A stretch of DNA of 64,000 nucleotides from Eledone cirrhosa. Lineage: Eukaryota. This document shows positions 42,201 to 56,217 of this stretch, piece after piece. Within the stretch, counting starts at the first letter, position 1. Every line of letters starts with the position of its first letter. The notes beneath the pieces were generated by a model. It was not told the origin of the DNA. It did no database searches and was given only the letters and a program-made list of their open reading frames with translations. Position numbers and translations under genes: made by a program. The stretch is from assembly GCA_964016885.1 (NCBI GenBank), contig CAXHJY010000225.1, forward strand, positions 22,492 to 86,491. The letters run 5' to 3'.

Positions 42201-45200
42201 TCCCCCCATATATCCCAGTAATCCCGCCCATATATCCCAGTAATCCCCCTATATATCCCAGTAATTCCCCCATATATCCCAGTAATCCCCCCATATATCC
42301 CAGTAATCCCGCCCATATATCCCAGTAATCCCCCTATATATCCCAGTAATTCCCCCATATATCCCAGTAATCCCCCCATATATCCCAGTACCCCCCCATA
42401 TATCCCAGTAATTACATCCCCCCATATATCCCAGTAATCCACCCATATATCCCAGTAATCCCCCATATATCCCAGTACCCCCCCCCCATATATCCCAGTA
42501 CCCCCCCATATATCCCAGTAATCCCCCCATATATCCCAGTAATCCCCCCATATATCCCAGTACCCCCCATATATCCCAGTAATCCCCCCATATATCCCAG
42601 TAATGTCACCATATATCCCAGTAATCCCCCCCATATATCCCAGTAATCCCCACATATATCCCAGTACCCCCCATATATCCCAGTAATCCCCCCATATATC
42701 CCAGTAATTACATCCCCCCATATATCCCAGTAATCCCCCCATATATCCCAGTAATCCTCCCATATATCCCAGTAATCCCCCCATATATCCCAGTAATCCC
42801 CCCATATATCCCAGTAATTACATACCCCCATATATCCAAGTAATCCCCCCATATATCTCTGTAATCCCCCTATATATCCCAGTAATCCCCCCAAACATCC
42901 TAGTAATTACATCCCCCATATATCCCAGTAATCCCCCCATATATCCCAGTAATCCTGCCCATATACACCAGTAATCCCCCACATATATCCAGGTAATACC
43001 CCATATATCCCAGTAATCCCCCCATATATAACAGTACCCCCCATATATCCCAGTAATACCCCATATATCCCAGTATTCCCCTCATATATCCCAGTAATCC
43101 CCCCCATATATCCCAGTAATTCCCCCCATATATCCCACTAATCCACCCCATATATCCCAGTAATCCCCCCATATATCACAGTAATCCACCCCATATATCC
43201 CAGTAATCCCCTTATATATCCCAGTAATCCCCCCATATATCACAGTAATCCCCCCATATATCCCAGTAATTCCCCCCATATATCCCACTAATCCACCCCA
43301 TATATCCCAGTAATCACCCCATATATCCCAGTAATCCCCCCATATATCCCAGTAATCCCTCCATATATCCCAGTAATCCCCCCATATATCCCAGTAATCC
43401 CCCCATATATCCCAGTAATCCCCCATATATCCCAGTAATCCCCCCAAATATCCCAGTAATCCCTCCATATATCCCAGTAATCCCCCCATATATCCCAGTA
43501 ATCCCCCCATATATCCCAGTAATCCCTCCATATATCCCAGTAATCCCCCCATATATCACAGTAATCCCCCATATATCCCAGTAATCCCCCCCATATATCA
43601 CAGTAATCCCCCCATATATCCCAGTAATCCCCCCATATATCACCGTAATCCACCCCATATATCCCAGTAATTCCCCCCATATATCCCACTAATCCACCCC
43701 ATATATCCCAGTAATCCCCCCATATATCCCAGTAATCCCCCCATATATCCCAGTAATCCCCCCATATATCCCAGTAATCCCCCCATATATCACAGTAATC
43801 CCCCCCATATATCACAGTAATCCCCCATATATCCCAGTAATTCCCCCCATATATCCCACTAATCCACCCCATATATCCCAGTAATCCCCTTATATATCCC
43901 AGTAATCCCCCCATATATCACAGTAATCCCCCCCATATATCCCAGTAATTCCCCCCATATATCCCACTAATCCACCCCATATATCCCAGTAATCACCCCA
44001 TATATCCCAGTAATCCCCCCATATATCCCAGTAATCCCTCCATATATCCCAGTAATCCCCCCATATATCCCAGTAATCCCCCCATATATCCCAGTAATCC
44101 CCCATATATCCCAGTAATCCCCCCAAATATCCCAGTAATCCCTCCATATATCCCAGTAATCCCCCCATATATCCCAGGAATCCCCCCATATATCCCAGTA
44201 ATCCCTCCATATATCCCAGTAATCCCCCCCATATATCACAGTAATCCCCCATATATCCCAGTAATCCCCCCCTTATATCACAGTAATCCCCCCATATATC
44301 CCAGTAATCCCCCCATATATCCCAGTAATCCCCCCATATATCCCAGTAATCCCCCCATATATCCCAGTAATCCCCCCCATATATCACAGTAATCCCCCAT
44401 ATATCCCAGTAATTCCCCCCATATATCCCACTAATCCACCCCATATATCCCAGTAATCACCCCATATATCCCAGTAATCCCTCCATATATCCCAGTAATC
44501 CCCCCCATATATCCCAGTAATCCCCCCATATATCACAGTAATCCCCCCCATATATCACAGTAATCCCCCCCATATATCCCAGTAATCCCCCCCATATATC
44601 CCAGTAATCCCCCATATATCCCAGTAATCCCTCCATATATCCCAGTAATCCCCCCCATATATCCCAGTAATCCCCCCATATATCCCAGTAATCCCTCCAT
44701 ATATCCCAGTAATCCCCCCCATATATCACAGTAATCCCCCATATATCCCAGTAATCCCCCCCATATATCCCAGTAATCCCCCCATATATCCCAGTAATCC
44801 CTCCATATATCCCAGTAATTCCCCCATATATCCCAATAATCCTCCCATATATCCCAGTAATCCCCCATATATCCCAGTAATCCCCCCCATATATCCCAGT
44901 AATCCCTCCATATATCCCAGTAATCCCCCCATATATCACAGTAATCCACCCCATATATCCCAATAATCCTCCCATATATCCCAGTAATCCCCCCATATAT
45001 CCCAGTAATCCCCCCATATATCCCAGTAATCCCCCCATATATCACAGTAATCCACCCCATATATCCCAATAATCCCCCCATATATCCCAGTAATCCCCCA
45101 TATATCCCAGTAATCCCCCCCATATATCCCAGTAATCCCTCCATATATCCCAGTAATCCCCCCATATATCACAGTAATCCACCCCATATATCCCAATAAT

Positions 45201-48178
45201 CCTCCCATATATCCCAGTAATCCCCCCATATATCCCAGTAATCCCCCCATATATCACAGTAATCCACCCCATATATCCCAATAATCGCCCCATATATCCC
45301 AGTAATCCCCCATATATCCCAGTAATCCCCCCCATATATCCCAGTAATCCCTCCATATATCCCAGTAATCACTCCATATATCCCAGTAATCCCCCCATAT
45401 ATCCCAGTAATCCCCCCATATATCCCAGTAATCCCCCCCATATATCCCAGTAATCCCCCCATATATCCCAGTAATCCCTCCATATATCCCAGTAATCCCT
45501 CCCATATATCCCAGTACCCCCGATATATCCCAATAATCCGCCCATATATCCCAGTACTCCCCATATATCCCAGTAATCCTCCCATATATCCCAGTAATCC
45601 CCCCATATATCCCAGTAATCCCCCCATATATCCCAGTAATCCCCCCATATATCCCAGTATTCCCCTCATATATCCCAGTAATCCCCCCCATATATCCCAG
45701 TAATCCCCCCTCATATATCCCAGTAATCCCCCCATATATCCCAGCAATCCTCCCCATATATCCCAGTAATCCCCCCATATATCCCAGTAATCCCCCCATA
45801 TATCCCAGTAATCCCCCCATATATCCCAGTAATCCTCCCCATATATCCCAGTAATCCCCCCATATATCCCAGTAATCCCCCCATATATCCCAGTAATCCC
45901 CCCTCATATATCCCAGTAATCCCCCCATATATCCCAGTAATCCCCCCATATATCCCAGTAATCCCCCCATATATCCCAGTAATCCCCCCCATATATCCCA
46001 GTAATCCCCCCATATATCCCAGTAATCCCCCCCATATATCCCAGTAATCCCCCCATATATCCCAGTAATCCCCCCCATATATCCCAGTAATCCCCCCATA
46101 TATCCCAGTAATCCCCCCCATATATCCCAATAATCCTCCCATATATCCCAGTAATCCCCCCATATATCCCAGTAATCCCCCCATATATCACAGTAATCCA
46201 CCCCATATATCCCAATAATCCCCCCATATATCCCAGTAATCCCCCATATATCCCAGTAATCCCCCCATATATCCCAGTAATCCCCCCATATATCCCAGTA
46301 CCCCCCCATATATCCCAGTAATTACATCCCCCCATATATCCCAGTAATCACCCCATATATCCCAGTAATCCCCCCATATATCCCAGTAATCCCCCCATAT
46401 ATCCCAGTAATCCCCCCCATATATCCCAGTAATCCCCCCATATATCCCAGTAATCCCCCCCATATATCCCAGTAATCCGCCCTCATATATCCCAGTAATC
46501 CCCCCATATATCCCAGTAATCCCCCCTCATATATCCCAGTAATCCCCCCATATATCCCAGTAATCCTCCCCATATATCCCAGTAATCCCCCCATATATCC
46601 CAGTAATCCCCTCATATATCCCAGTAATCCCCCCATATATCCCATTAATCCCCCCATATATCCCAGTAATCCCCCCATATATCCCATTAATCCCCCCATA
46701 TATCCCAGTTATCCCCCATATATCCCAGTAATCCTCCCCATATATCCCAGTAATCCCCCCATATATCCCAGTAATCCCTCCATATATCCCAGTAATACCC
46801 CCATATATCCCAGTAATCCTCCCCATATATCCCAGTAATCCCCCCCATATATCCCAGTAATCCCCCCATATATCCCAGTAATCCCCCCATATATCCCAGT
46901 AATCCCCCCATATATCCCAGTAATCCCCTCATATATCCCAGTAATCCCCCCATATATCCCAGTAATCCTCCCCATATATCCCAGTAATCCCCCCATATAT
47001 CCCAGTAATCCCCCCATATATCCCAGTAATCCCCCCATATATCCCAGTAATCCCTCCATATATCCCATTAATCCCCCCATGTATCCCATTAATCCTCCCA
47101 TATATCCCAGTAATCCCCTCATATATCCCAGTAATCCCCCCATATATCCTAGTAATCCCTCCCATATATCCCAGTAATCCCCCCATATATCCCAGTAATC
47201 CCCCCATATATCCCAGTAATTACATCCCCCCATATATCCCAGTAATCCCCTCATATATCCCAGTAATCCCCCATATATCCCAGTACCCCCCATATATCCC
47301 AGTAATCCCTCCATATATCCCAGTAATCTCCCCATATATCCCAGTAATCCCACCATATATCCCAGTACCCCCCATATATCCCAGTAATCCCCCCCATATA
47401 TCCCAGTAATCCCGCCCATATATCCCAGTAATTACATCCCCCCCACATATCCCAGTAATCCTCCATATATCCCAGTTATCACCCCCATATCCAGTAATAC
47501 CCCCAAATATCCCAGTACCCCCCATATATCACAGTAATCCCCCCATATATCACAGTAAACCCCCATATATCCCAGTAATCCCCCCCATATATCCCAGTAA
47601 TCCCCCCATATATCACAGTAATCCACCCCATATATCCCAGTAATCCCCCCATATATCCCAGTAATCCCCCCCATATATCCCAGTAATTCCCCCATATATC
47701 CCAGTAATCCCCCCCCATATATCCCATTAATCCCCCCATATATCCCAGTAATCCCCCCCTTATATCCCAGTAATCCCCCCCATATATCCCAGTAGTCCCC
47801 CGATATATCCCAGTACCCCCCATATATCCCAGTAATCCCCCCATATATCTCAGTACCGCCTATATATCCCAGTAATCCCCCCTATATATCCCATTAATCC
47901 CCCCATATATCCCATTAATCCCCCATATATCCCAGTAATCCACCCCCATATATCCCAGTAATCCCCCCCATATATCCCAGTAATCCACCCCCATATATCC
48001 CAGTAATCCCCCCCATATATCCCAGTACCCCCCATATATCCCAGTAATCCCCCCATATATCCCAGTACCCCCCCCCCATATATCCCAGTAATCCCCCCCA
48101 TATATCCCAGTAATCCCCCCCATATATCCCAGTAATCCCCCCCATATATCCAGTACCCCCCCATATATCCCAGTATTT
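39272..48178. repeat. ~21-bp C-rich satellite, ~8.9 kb
   Basis: Unit CCCCCCATATATCCCAGTAAT with variable C-run length. Confidence 0.98.
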
Positions 48179-48289
48179 ACCCCCCCCCCCCCCACGGTAG
48201 AACCACTTTTCTGCAACATTCACCAGTCAATTAATCTATGCAGATATGGGGCTTTCTGTGTCTCACTCTAGCATGATGACTAACTACAA

Positions 48290-48728
48290 CGATGATGATG
48301 ATAGTGGTGGTGGTGGTGATGGTGGTGGTGGTGGTGATGGTGGTGGTGGTGGTGGTGGTGGTGGTGGTGTTGGTGGTGGTGGCGGTGGTGGTGGTGATGG
48401 TGGTGATGGTGGTGGTGGTGGTGATGGTGGTGTTGGTGGTGATGGCGGTGGTGGTGGTGATGGTGGTGATGGTGGTGGTGGTGGTGATGGTGGTGTTGGT
48501 GGTGGTCGTGGTGGTGGTGGTGTTGGTGGTGATAGTGGTGGTGGTGGTGATGGTGGTGGTGGTGGTTTTGGTGGTGGTGGTGATGATGGTGATGGTGGTG
48601 GTGGTGATGATGATGGTGATGGTGATAATGATGATGATGGTGATGGTGGTGGTGGGGATGATAATGATGATGATGGTGGTGATGGTGGTGGGGATGATGG
48701 CGATGGTGATGATGGGGAGGAGGAGTAG
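48290..48728. repeat. (GGT)/(GAT) trinucleotide low-complexity tract
   Basis: Seen directly. Confidence 0.95.
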
Positions 48729-48814
48729 GATCAAATAAGTAAACATAAAATCATATATAATTTTTTTAAATATATAAATAAGACAAAATTTGTAAAATAT
48801 CTTAAAAGTCCGTC

Positions 48815-51800
48815 TGTTGATAAACAATGTTCGGTGGATGTTGATAAACAATGTTCGGTGGGTGTTGATAAACAATGTTCGGTGGATGTTGATAAACAAT
48901 GTTCGGTGGATGTTGATAAACAATGTTCGGTGGATGTTGATACACCAATGTTCGGTGGGTGTTGATAAACAATGTTCGGTGGATGTTGATAAACAATGTT
49001 CGGTGGGTGTTGATAAACAATGTTCGGTGGGTGTTGATAAACAATGTTCTGTGGGTGTTGATAAACAATGTTCGGTGGGTGTTGATAAACAATGTTCGGT
49101 GGATGTTGATAAACAATGTTCGGTGGGTGTTGATAAACAATGTTCGGTGGGTGTTGATAAACAATGTTCGGTGGGTGTTGATAAACAATGTTCGGTGGAT
49201 GTTGATAAACAATGTTCGGTGGGTGTTGATAAACAATGTTCGGTGGGTGTTGATAAACAATGTTCGGTGGGTGTTGATAAACAATGTTCGGTGGATGTTG
49301 ATAAACAATGTTCGGTGGGTGTTGATAAACAATGTTCGGTGGGTGTTGATAAACAATGTTCGGTGGATGTTGATAAACAATGTTCGGTGGATGTTGATAA
49401 ACAATGTTCGGTGGATGTTGATAAACAATGTTCGGTGGATGTTGATAAACAATGTTCGGTGGATGTTGATAAACAATGTTCGGTGGGTGTTGATAAACAA
49501 TGTTCTGTGGGTGTTGATAAACAATGTTCGGTGGGTGTTGATAAACAATGTTCGGTGGATGTTGATAAACAATGTTCGGTGGGTGTTGATAAACAATGTT
49601 CGGTGGGTGTTGATAAACAATGTTCGGTGGGTGTTGATAAACAATGTTCGGTGGATGTTGATAAACAATGTTCGGTGGGTGTTGATAAACAATGTTCGGT
49701 GGGTGTTGATAAACAATGTTCGGTGGATGTTGATAAACAATGTTCGGTGGATGTTGATAAACAATGTTCGGTGGGTGTTGATAAACAATGTTCGGTGGAT
49801 GTTGATAAACAATGTTTGGTGGGTGTTGATAAACAATGTTCGGTGGATGTTGATAAACAATGTTCGGTGGATGTTGATAAACAATGTTCGGTGGATGTTG
49901 ATAAACAATGTTCGGTGGGTGTTGATAAACAATGTTCGGTGGATGTTGATAAACAATGTTCGGTGGATGTTGATAGACAATGTTCGGTGGATGTTGATAA
50001 ACAATGTTCGGTGGGTGTTGATAAACAATGTTCGGTGGGTGTTGATAAACAATGTTCGGTGGATGTTGATAAACCTTGTTCGGTGGGTGTTGATAAACAA
50101 TGTTCGGTGGATGTTGATAAACAATGTTCGGTGGATGTTGATAAACAATGTTCGGTGGATGTTGATAAACAATGTTCGGTGGATGTTGATAAACAATGTT
50201 CGGTGGGTGTTGATAAACAATGTTCGGTGGATGTTGATAAACAATGTTCGGTGGGTGTTGATAAACAATGTTCGGTGGGTGTTGATAAACAATGTTCGGT
50301 GGGTGTTGATAAACAATGTTCGGTGGGTGTTGATGAACAATGTTCGCGGTGGATGTTGATAAACAATGTTCGGTGGGTGTTGATAAACAATGTTCGGTGG
50401 GTGTTGGTAAACAATGTTCGGTGGGTATTGATAAACAATGTTCGGTGGGTCTTGATAAACAATGTTCGGTGGGTGTTGATAAACAATGTTCGGTGGATGT
50501 TGATAAACAATGTTCGGTGGGTGTTGATAAACAATGTTCGGTGGGTGTTGATAAACAATGTTCTGTGGGTGTTGATAAACAATGTTCGGTGGGTGTTGAT
50601 AAACAATGTTCGGTGGATGTTGATAAACAATGTTCGGTGGGTGTTGATAAACAATGTTCGGTGGGTGTTGATAAACAATGTTCGGTGGGTGTTGATAAAC
50701 AATGTTCGGTGGATGTTGATAAACAATGTTCGGTGGGTGTTGATAAACAATGTTCGGTGGGTGTTGATAAACAATGTTCGGTGGGTGTTGATAAACAATG
50801 TTCGGTGGATGTTGATAAACAATGTTCGGTGGGTGTTGATAAACAACGTTCGGTGGGTGTTGATAAACAATGTTCGGTGGGTGTTGATAAACAATGTTCG
50901 GTGGATGTTGATAAACAATGTTCGGTGGATGTTGATAAACAATGTTCGGTGGATGTTGATAAACAATGTTCGGTGGATGTTGATAAACAATGTTCGGTGG
51001 ATGTTGATAAACAATGTTCGGTGGGTGTTGATAAACAATGTTCTGTGGGTGTTGATAAACAATGTTCGGTGGGTGTTGATAAACAATGTTCGGTGGATGT
51101 TGATAAACAATGTTCGGTGGGTGTTGATAAACAATGTTCGGTGGGTGTTGATAAACAATGTTCGGTGGGTGTTGATAAACAATGTTCGGTGGATGTTGAT
51201 AAACAATGTTCGGTGGGTGTTGATAAACAATGTTCGGTGGGTGTTGATAAACAATGTTCGGTGGATGTTGATAAACAATGTTCGGTGGATGTTGATAAAC
51301 AATGTTCGGTGGGTGTTGATAAACAATGTTCGGTGGATGTTGATAAACAATGTTTGGTGGGTGTTGATAAACAATGTTCGGTGGATGTTGATAAACAATG
51401 TTCGGTGGATGTTGATAAACAATGTTCGGTGGATGTTGATAAACAATGTTCGGTGGGTGTTGATAAACAATGTTCGGTGGATGTTGATAAACAATGTTCG
51501 GTGGATGTTGATAAACAATGTTCGGTGGATGTTGATAAACAATGTTCGGTGGGTGTTGATAAACAATGTTCGGTGGGTGTTGATAAACAATGTTCGGTGG
51601 ATGTTGATAAACCTTGTTCGGTGGGTGTTGATAAACAATGTTCGGTGGATGTTGATAAACAATGTTCGGTGGATGTTGATAAACAATGTTCGGTGGATGT
51701 TGATAAACAATGTTCGGTGGATGTTGATAAACAATGTTCGGTGGGTGTTGATAAACAATGTTCGGTGGATGTTGATAAACAATGTTCGGTGGGTGTTGAT

Positions 51801-52881
51801 AAACAATGTTCGGTGGGTGTTGATAAACAATGTTCGGTGGGTGTTGATAAACAATGTTCGGTGGGTGTTGATGAACAATGTTCGCGGTGGATGTTGATAA
51901 ACAATGTTCGGTGGGTGTTGATAAACAATGTTCGGTGGGTGTTGGTAAACAATGTTCGGTGGGTATTGATAAACAATGTTCGGTGGGTCTTGATAAACAA
52001 TGTTCGGTGGGTGTTGATAAACAATGTTCGGTGGATGTTGATAAACAATGTTCGGTGGGTGTTGATAAACAATGTTCGGTGGGTGTTGATAAACAATGTT
52101 CGGTGGATGTTGATAAACAATGTTCCGTGGGTGTTGATAAACAATGTTTGGTGGGTGTTGATAAACAATGTTCGGTGGGTGTTGATAAACAATGTTCGGT
52201 GGGTGTTGATAAACAATGTTCGGTGGGTGTTGATAAACAATGTTCGGTGGGTGTTGATAACCAATGTTCGGTGGATGTTGATAAACAATGTTCGGTGGGT
52301 GTTGATAAACAATGTTCGATGGGTGTTGATAAACAATGTTCGGTGGGTGTTGATAAACAATGTTCGGTGGATGTTGATAAACAATGTTCGGTGGGTGTTG
52401 ATAAACAATGTTCGGTGGGTGTTGATAAACAATGTTCGGTGGGTGTTGATAAACAATGTTCGGTGGGTGTTGATAAACAATGTTCGGTGGGTGTTGATAA
52501 ACAATGTTCGGTGGATGTTGATAAACAATGTTCGGTGGGTGTTGATAAACAATGTTCGGTGGATGTTGATAAACAATGTTCGGTGGATGTTGATAAACAA
52601 TGTTCGGTGGGTGTTGATAAACAATGTTCGGTGGGTGTTGCTAAACAATGTTCGGTGGGTGTTGATAAACAATGTTCGGTGGGTGTTGATAAACAATGTT
52701 CGGTGTGTGTTGATAAACAATGTTCGGTGGGTGTTGATAAACAATGTTCGGTGGGTGTTGATAAACAATGTTCGGTGGATGTTGATAAACAATGTTCGGT
52801 GGATGTTGATAAACAATGTTCGGTGGGTGTTGATAAACAATGTTCGGTGGGTGTTGATAAACAATGTTCGGTGGATGTTGA
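48815..52881. repeat. 24-bp satellite, about 169 copies, with a 1538-bp higher-order duplication
   Basis: Unit GTTGATAAACAATGTTCGGTGG(G/A)T. Rare variants recur at a 1538-bp offset. Confidence 0.98.
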
Positions 52882-53735
52882 AGCGTTTATAATTCATTTT
52901 GCGAAAATAATTGCAATAGATGTAAAGTAGAGCAATATGTCGTCTATGTGTTTACATGGCTTCCCCAGTGTGTCAAGTGGAGCGTTACCAATGTTATTTT
53001 CTCATTTACACAGGTTTGTTATAATTTATGATGTTGGCCTAATGTCGAACACTGCCTCACCTAGTAACGAAGATGGCGTAGCTTAATAGAGAAAATAGCA
53101 TGGCCTCGTAGTGGGATGTCATCTGGTGGCATACTAGTGGAAGTGGGTTGGACTAGTAACGAATGGGGCGTGAGCTTATAGTGAAGAGGAGTGGTCTTGC
53201 AGTGAAGAGCCGTCGTCTAGTGTTGTAGGTGTCGTGGCCTAGTGGTCAGGGCGAGTTGATACTTGCGGAATGCGGGGTGGTCTGACTGTAAATTTGCCGT
53301 GGTCTCAGTGGTTAGGGTGTTCAGCTCAGAAGCGTAAGAATTATCTTCATATCGGAGACTTCCTCTGCTTGTGACAAAGTGGACTCATCCAAAGTCATAT
53401 TAAACCATGAAGCTTTATTACGTCTATTGTATGAAAGCGGATGGCTTGCTGGTTAGGGTGTTTGATTTGGGAACGTAAGGTCGTAAGTTCGATTATCAGA
53501 CGGGGCAACGCATGCCGACCTAGAGCTAGACATATTAATTCACGTTGCTCCACTTCACAGAGTTGGCAAAACAGTACACTTCGGTTGTTAGCGCACATAT
53601 TATATATCTAAATTAATTACCACCACGAGCTAATTATATGCAAATTAGTACATCTATTTCAGAATATTACTAAAAGCGAATGGGTATATAATCCCACCAA
53701 ATATATGTTACCTTGCGGTTGTTTAGATGATATAC

Positions 53736-53784
53736 ACGCCTTCTGATGATGGTTCAATTAGATCCGAAAATCGATTATAGGCGT
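53736..53784 (+). ncRNA. Type I hammerhead ribozyme
   Basis: ACGCCT(t)-CTGATGA-tGGTTCAATTAGATCC-GAAA-ATCGAT-TA-(t)AGGCGT, with palindromic stem III. Confidence 0.72.
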
Positions 53785-54080
53785 TAATACTTTTTCAATT
53801 TACGGGGAAATTCTTATTTTCTGACATGTTTACATACCTACATATTAGATATACGTATATTTATATACAGAGTGGTGCAGTAGCTGTTACTAACTCTTTA
53901 TATTTACAGATATAACTTTATTGTATGCTTCGGCTGGTCGCGCTCTTCTTTTTTCCTTTCAGAACCACGCCACAATGTTGATAACTATAAATAATAGTTG
54001 AGTAAACCACCCCAGGTGACGGGGGAAAAGTGGACATATACGCCAAGTATACTTCACCCCGTGTATGGATCAGTATTGTC

Positions 54081-54361
54081 AATAATTGTTTGTACATTTG
54101 GCACAAGGCCAGCAATTACCCAGTGCATTACTGGTACTTTAGTTTATCGACCTCGTGAGTATGGTTAATAATTGTTTCTACTTTTGGCACAAGGCCAGCA
54201 ATTACCCCAGTGCATTACTGGTAGTGTATTTTATCGACCCCGTAAGGATGAAATGCAAAGTTAACCTCGGCGAGATTTAAACACAGAATGGCAAGGGCCG
54301 TAACTCTATGCGTCAAAGCATGGTGTCTGACACTCTACCGATACTGCCAATCCACCGCCCT
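54081..54361 (-). mobile_element. SINE partial copy plus full copy
   Basis: Reverse-complement matches at 54081-54160 and 54167-54361. Confidence 0.87.
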
Positions 54362-54800
54362 GTATTGTTAATAATGATAGCAATAGTATTGAGGATTTGT
54401 TGGCTACATCATATATACCAACCTTTACAAATATAGGAAACCGGCTAGTATACATAAGAGAAACCTTATACTTTATGGTGATTACTGTTTCGAAGAAGTG
54501 ACTAAAGATAAAAATTATATTTTAATAAAAATATATAATTACATAATAGTTCAAACTGTGACATAGAGTTAGATTGTATCAAAGTTTGGAGAAATAACTA
54601 TTGCCAGGGATAAATGGTGGGTTTAGACCCAGGACGTTGCCATAGGAAACTGAACTTCCTATTTTATATGGGCTTATATACCCATTCGCTCTTAAAGTTA
54701 TTCTGAATTGGATGTGCTAATTTGCATAAAATTAGAGCTCATGTTGGTAGTTAATATATGTTTTTAAATGTGCGGTAAGTAGCCAAAGTGTACGATATAG

Positions 54801-54862
<62 letters not shown>

Positions 54863-55170
54863 ATATTAAATAAATGGAAACTATATTTATAAAACCATAT
54901 TTATTCTGTTATATATATTTCAAGGGTACCAAAAAACTTTGGTACGCTTTCATCAGATAAAATACAAAGAGTGTTTTATAGATGTTGACATAGCCAAGGA
55001 AATCCAACCTTATTAGTTGAATTTTCTTGGGTAGTATATATATATATATAATATGGATGAGAGGAGGGCTGTGTGGTTACTGAATGTAAGGAGACACAAA
55101 CAAGAGGTGGACAGTCTCCTTCGTCAGTAATTAACTTGGGGTCACAGATGTTTCGGCGCATTATTAACCT

Positions 55171-55281
55171 CAAATCCCGCCGAGGTTTACTCTGCCTTTC
55201 ATCCTTACGGGGTCGATAAAATAAAGTACCAGTAATGAACTGGTTATTTGCTGGCCCTGTGCCAAAAGTAGAAACAATTAT
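55171..55281 (+). mobile_element. SINE 3' part
   Basis: CAAATCCCGCCGAGG...GTAGAAACAATTA. Confidence 0.85.
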
Positions 55282-55706
55282 TAACTATACATCTATCCGT
55301 AACGCGCCCATACCTTTATATCTATCAAAAGGCCATGAGGGAGAGAAAGAAAAGAAGAAAGAGAGAAGAGAAAAAAGGGAATAGAAGAATGAAAAAAAAA
55401 ACTACCGATAGAAGGGGGAACACAGGACAATCGTACATGTAAGTAACCGAGAGAATGGAGATCAAGTTAAAAACATATATATACAGGGTGCGGCAAAAAT
55501 ACCTCCCACATTTTAAGTGTTGGCCGTGTAAAATATGGAAAGTTTTTTATGCCGCAGTCCCAAACCTCAAAACCTTAACACTTCACACAAAGTAAAATAT
55601 TTTGTTTTAAACATTTTCCAACCTAGAAAAAAGAGAAAAAAATAAAAGGAAGAAAAACATTTTTCTTCCTAATAATCGTCTTATTCTCCCTATATATATA
55701 TATACA

Positions 55707-55981
55707 ATATATTAATAAATGGAAACTATATTTATAAAACCATATTTATTTTATTATACATATTTCAAGGGCAACCAAGTCAAATTATGGTGCGCTTTCA
55801 TCAGATAAAATACAGATTTGTTTTATAAGGTTGTCTTTTTTTTCCGGGTAGTCAATATTTATTTATAAAACAAATCTGTATGTTATCTGATGAAAGCGCA
55901 CCATAATTTGCTTTGGTTGCCCTTGAAATATGTATAATAAAATAAATATGGTTTTATAAATATAGTTTCCATTTATTAATA
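55707..55981. repeat. Fold-back insertion with ~120-bp arms inside the 5' pLTR; related copy at ~54863-54980
   Basis: TATTAATAAATGGAAACTAT...GTTTTATAA is inverted at ~55863-55981. Confidence 0.85.
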
Positions 55982-56058
55982 CATTGTATATTTACTCCAC
56001 CAACTGTTGAGTGCTTTATATCAGTTATAAAAATGTTTTAATTAAATATAACCTCTGC

Positions 56059-56144
<86 letters not shown>

Positions 56145-56217
56145 ACATATATTCCAACTCGTGTGCTCCTTCTCCACATTTTATAATTATTATTTACTCT
56201 CACACGAGATACAGAAA

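Larger units (their letters stand above)
53575..54793. repeat. Diverged inverted repeat pair (~53575-53690 and ~54675-54793) enclosing a hammerhead and SINEs
   Basis: AGCGAATGGGTATATA / TATATACCCATTCGCT and ATGCAAATTAG / CTAATTTGCAT. Confidence 0.6.

Noticed and set aside
39164-48223. Gly/Tyr/Trp-rich ORFs resembling structural or reflectin-like proteins
   Set aside because: Frames shift constantly with C-run length; this is non-coding satellite.
48246-48738. Gly/Asp-rich or Val/Met-rich protein
   Set aside because: Trinucleotide microsatellite with no splice or domain support.
48231-52930. Very long ORFs (up to 1388 aa)
   Set aside because: Translations of a 24-bp satellite that is stop-free in five of six frames; no complex domain.
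55483-55557. Tc1/mariner-like TIR (TACAGGGTGCGGC)
   Set aside because: Only a short imperfect inverted match with no transposase; too weak to call.
55870-55912. CTGATGAAAGCGC in fold-back arm as a hammerhead
   Set aside because: The core words overlap with no stem II; at most a remnant.
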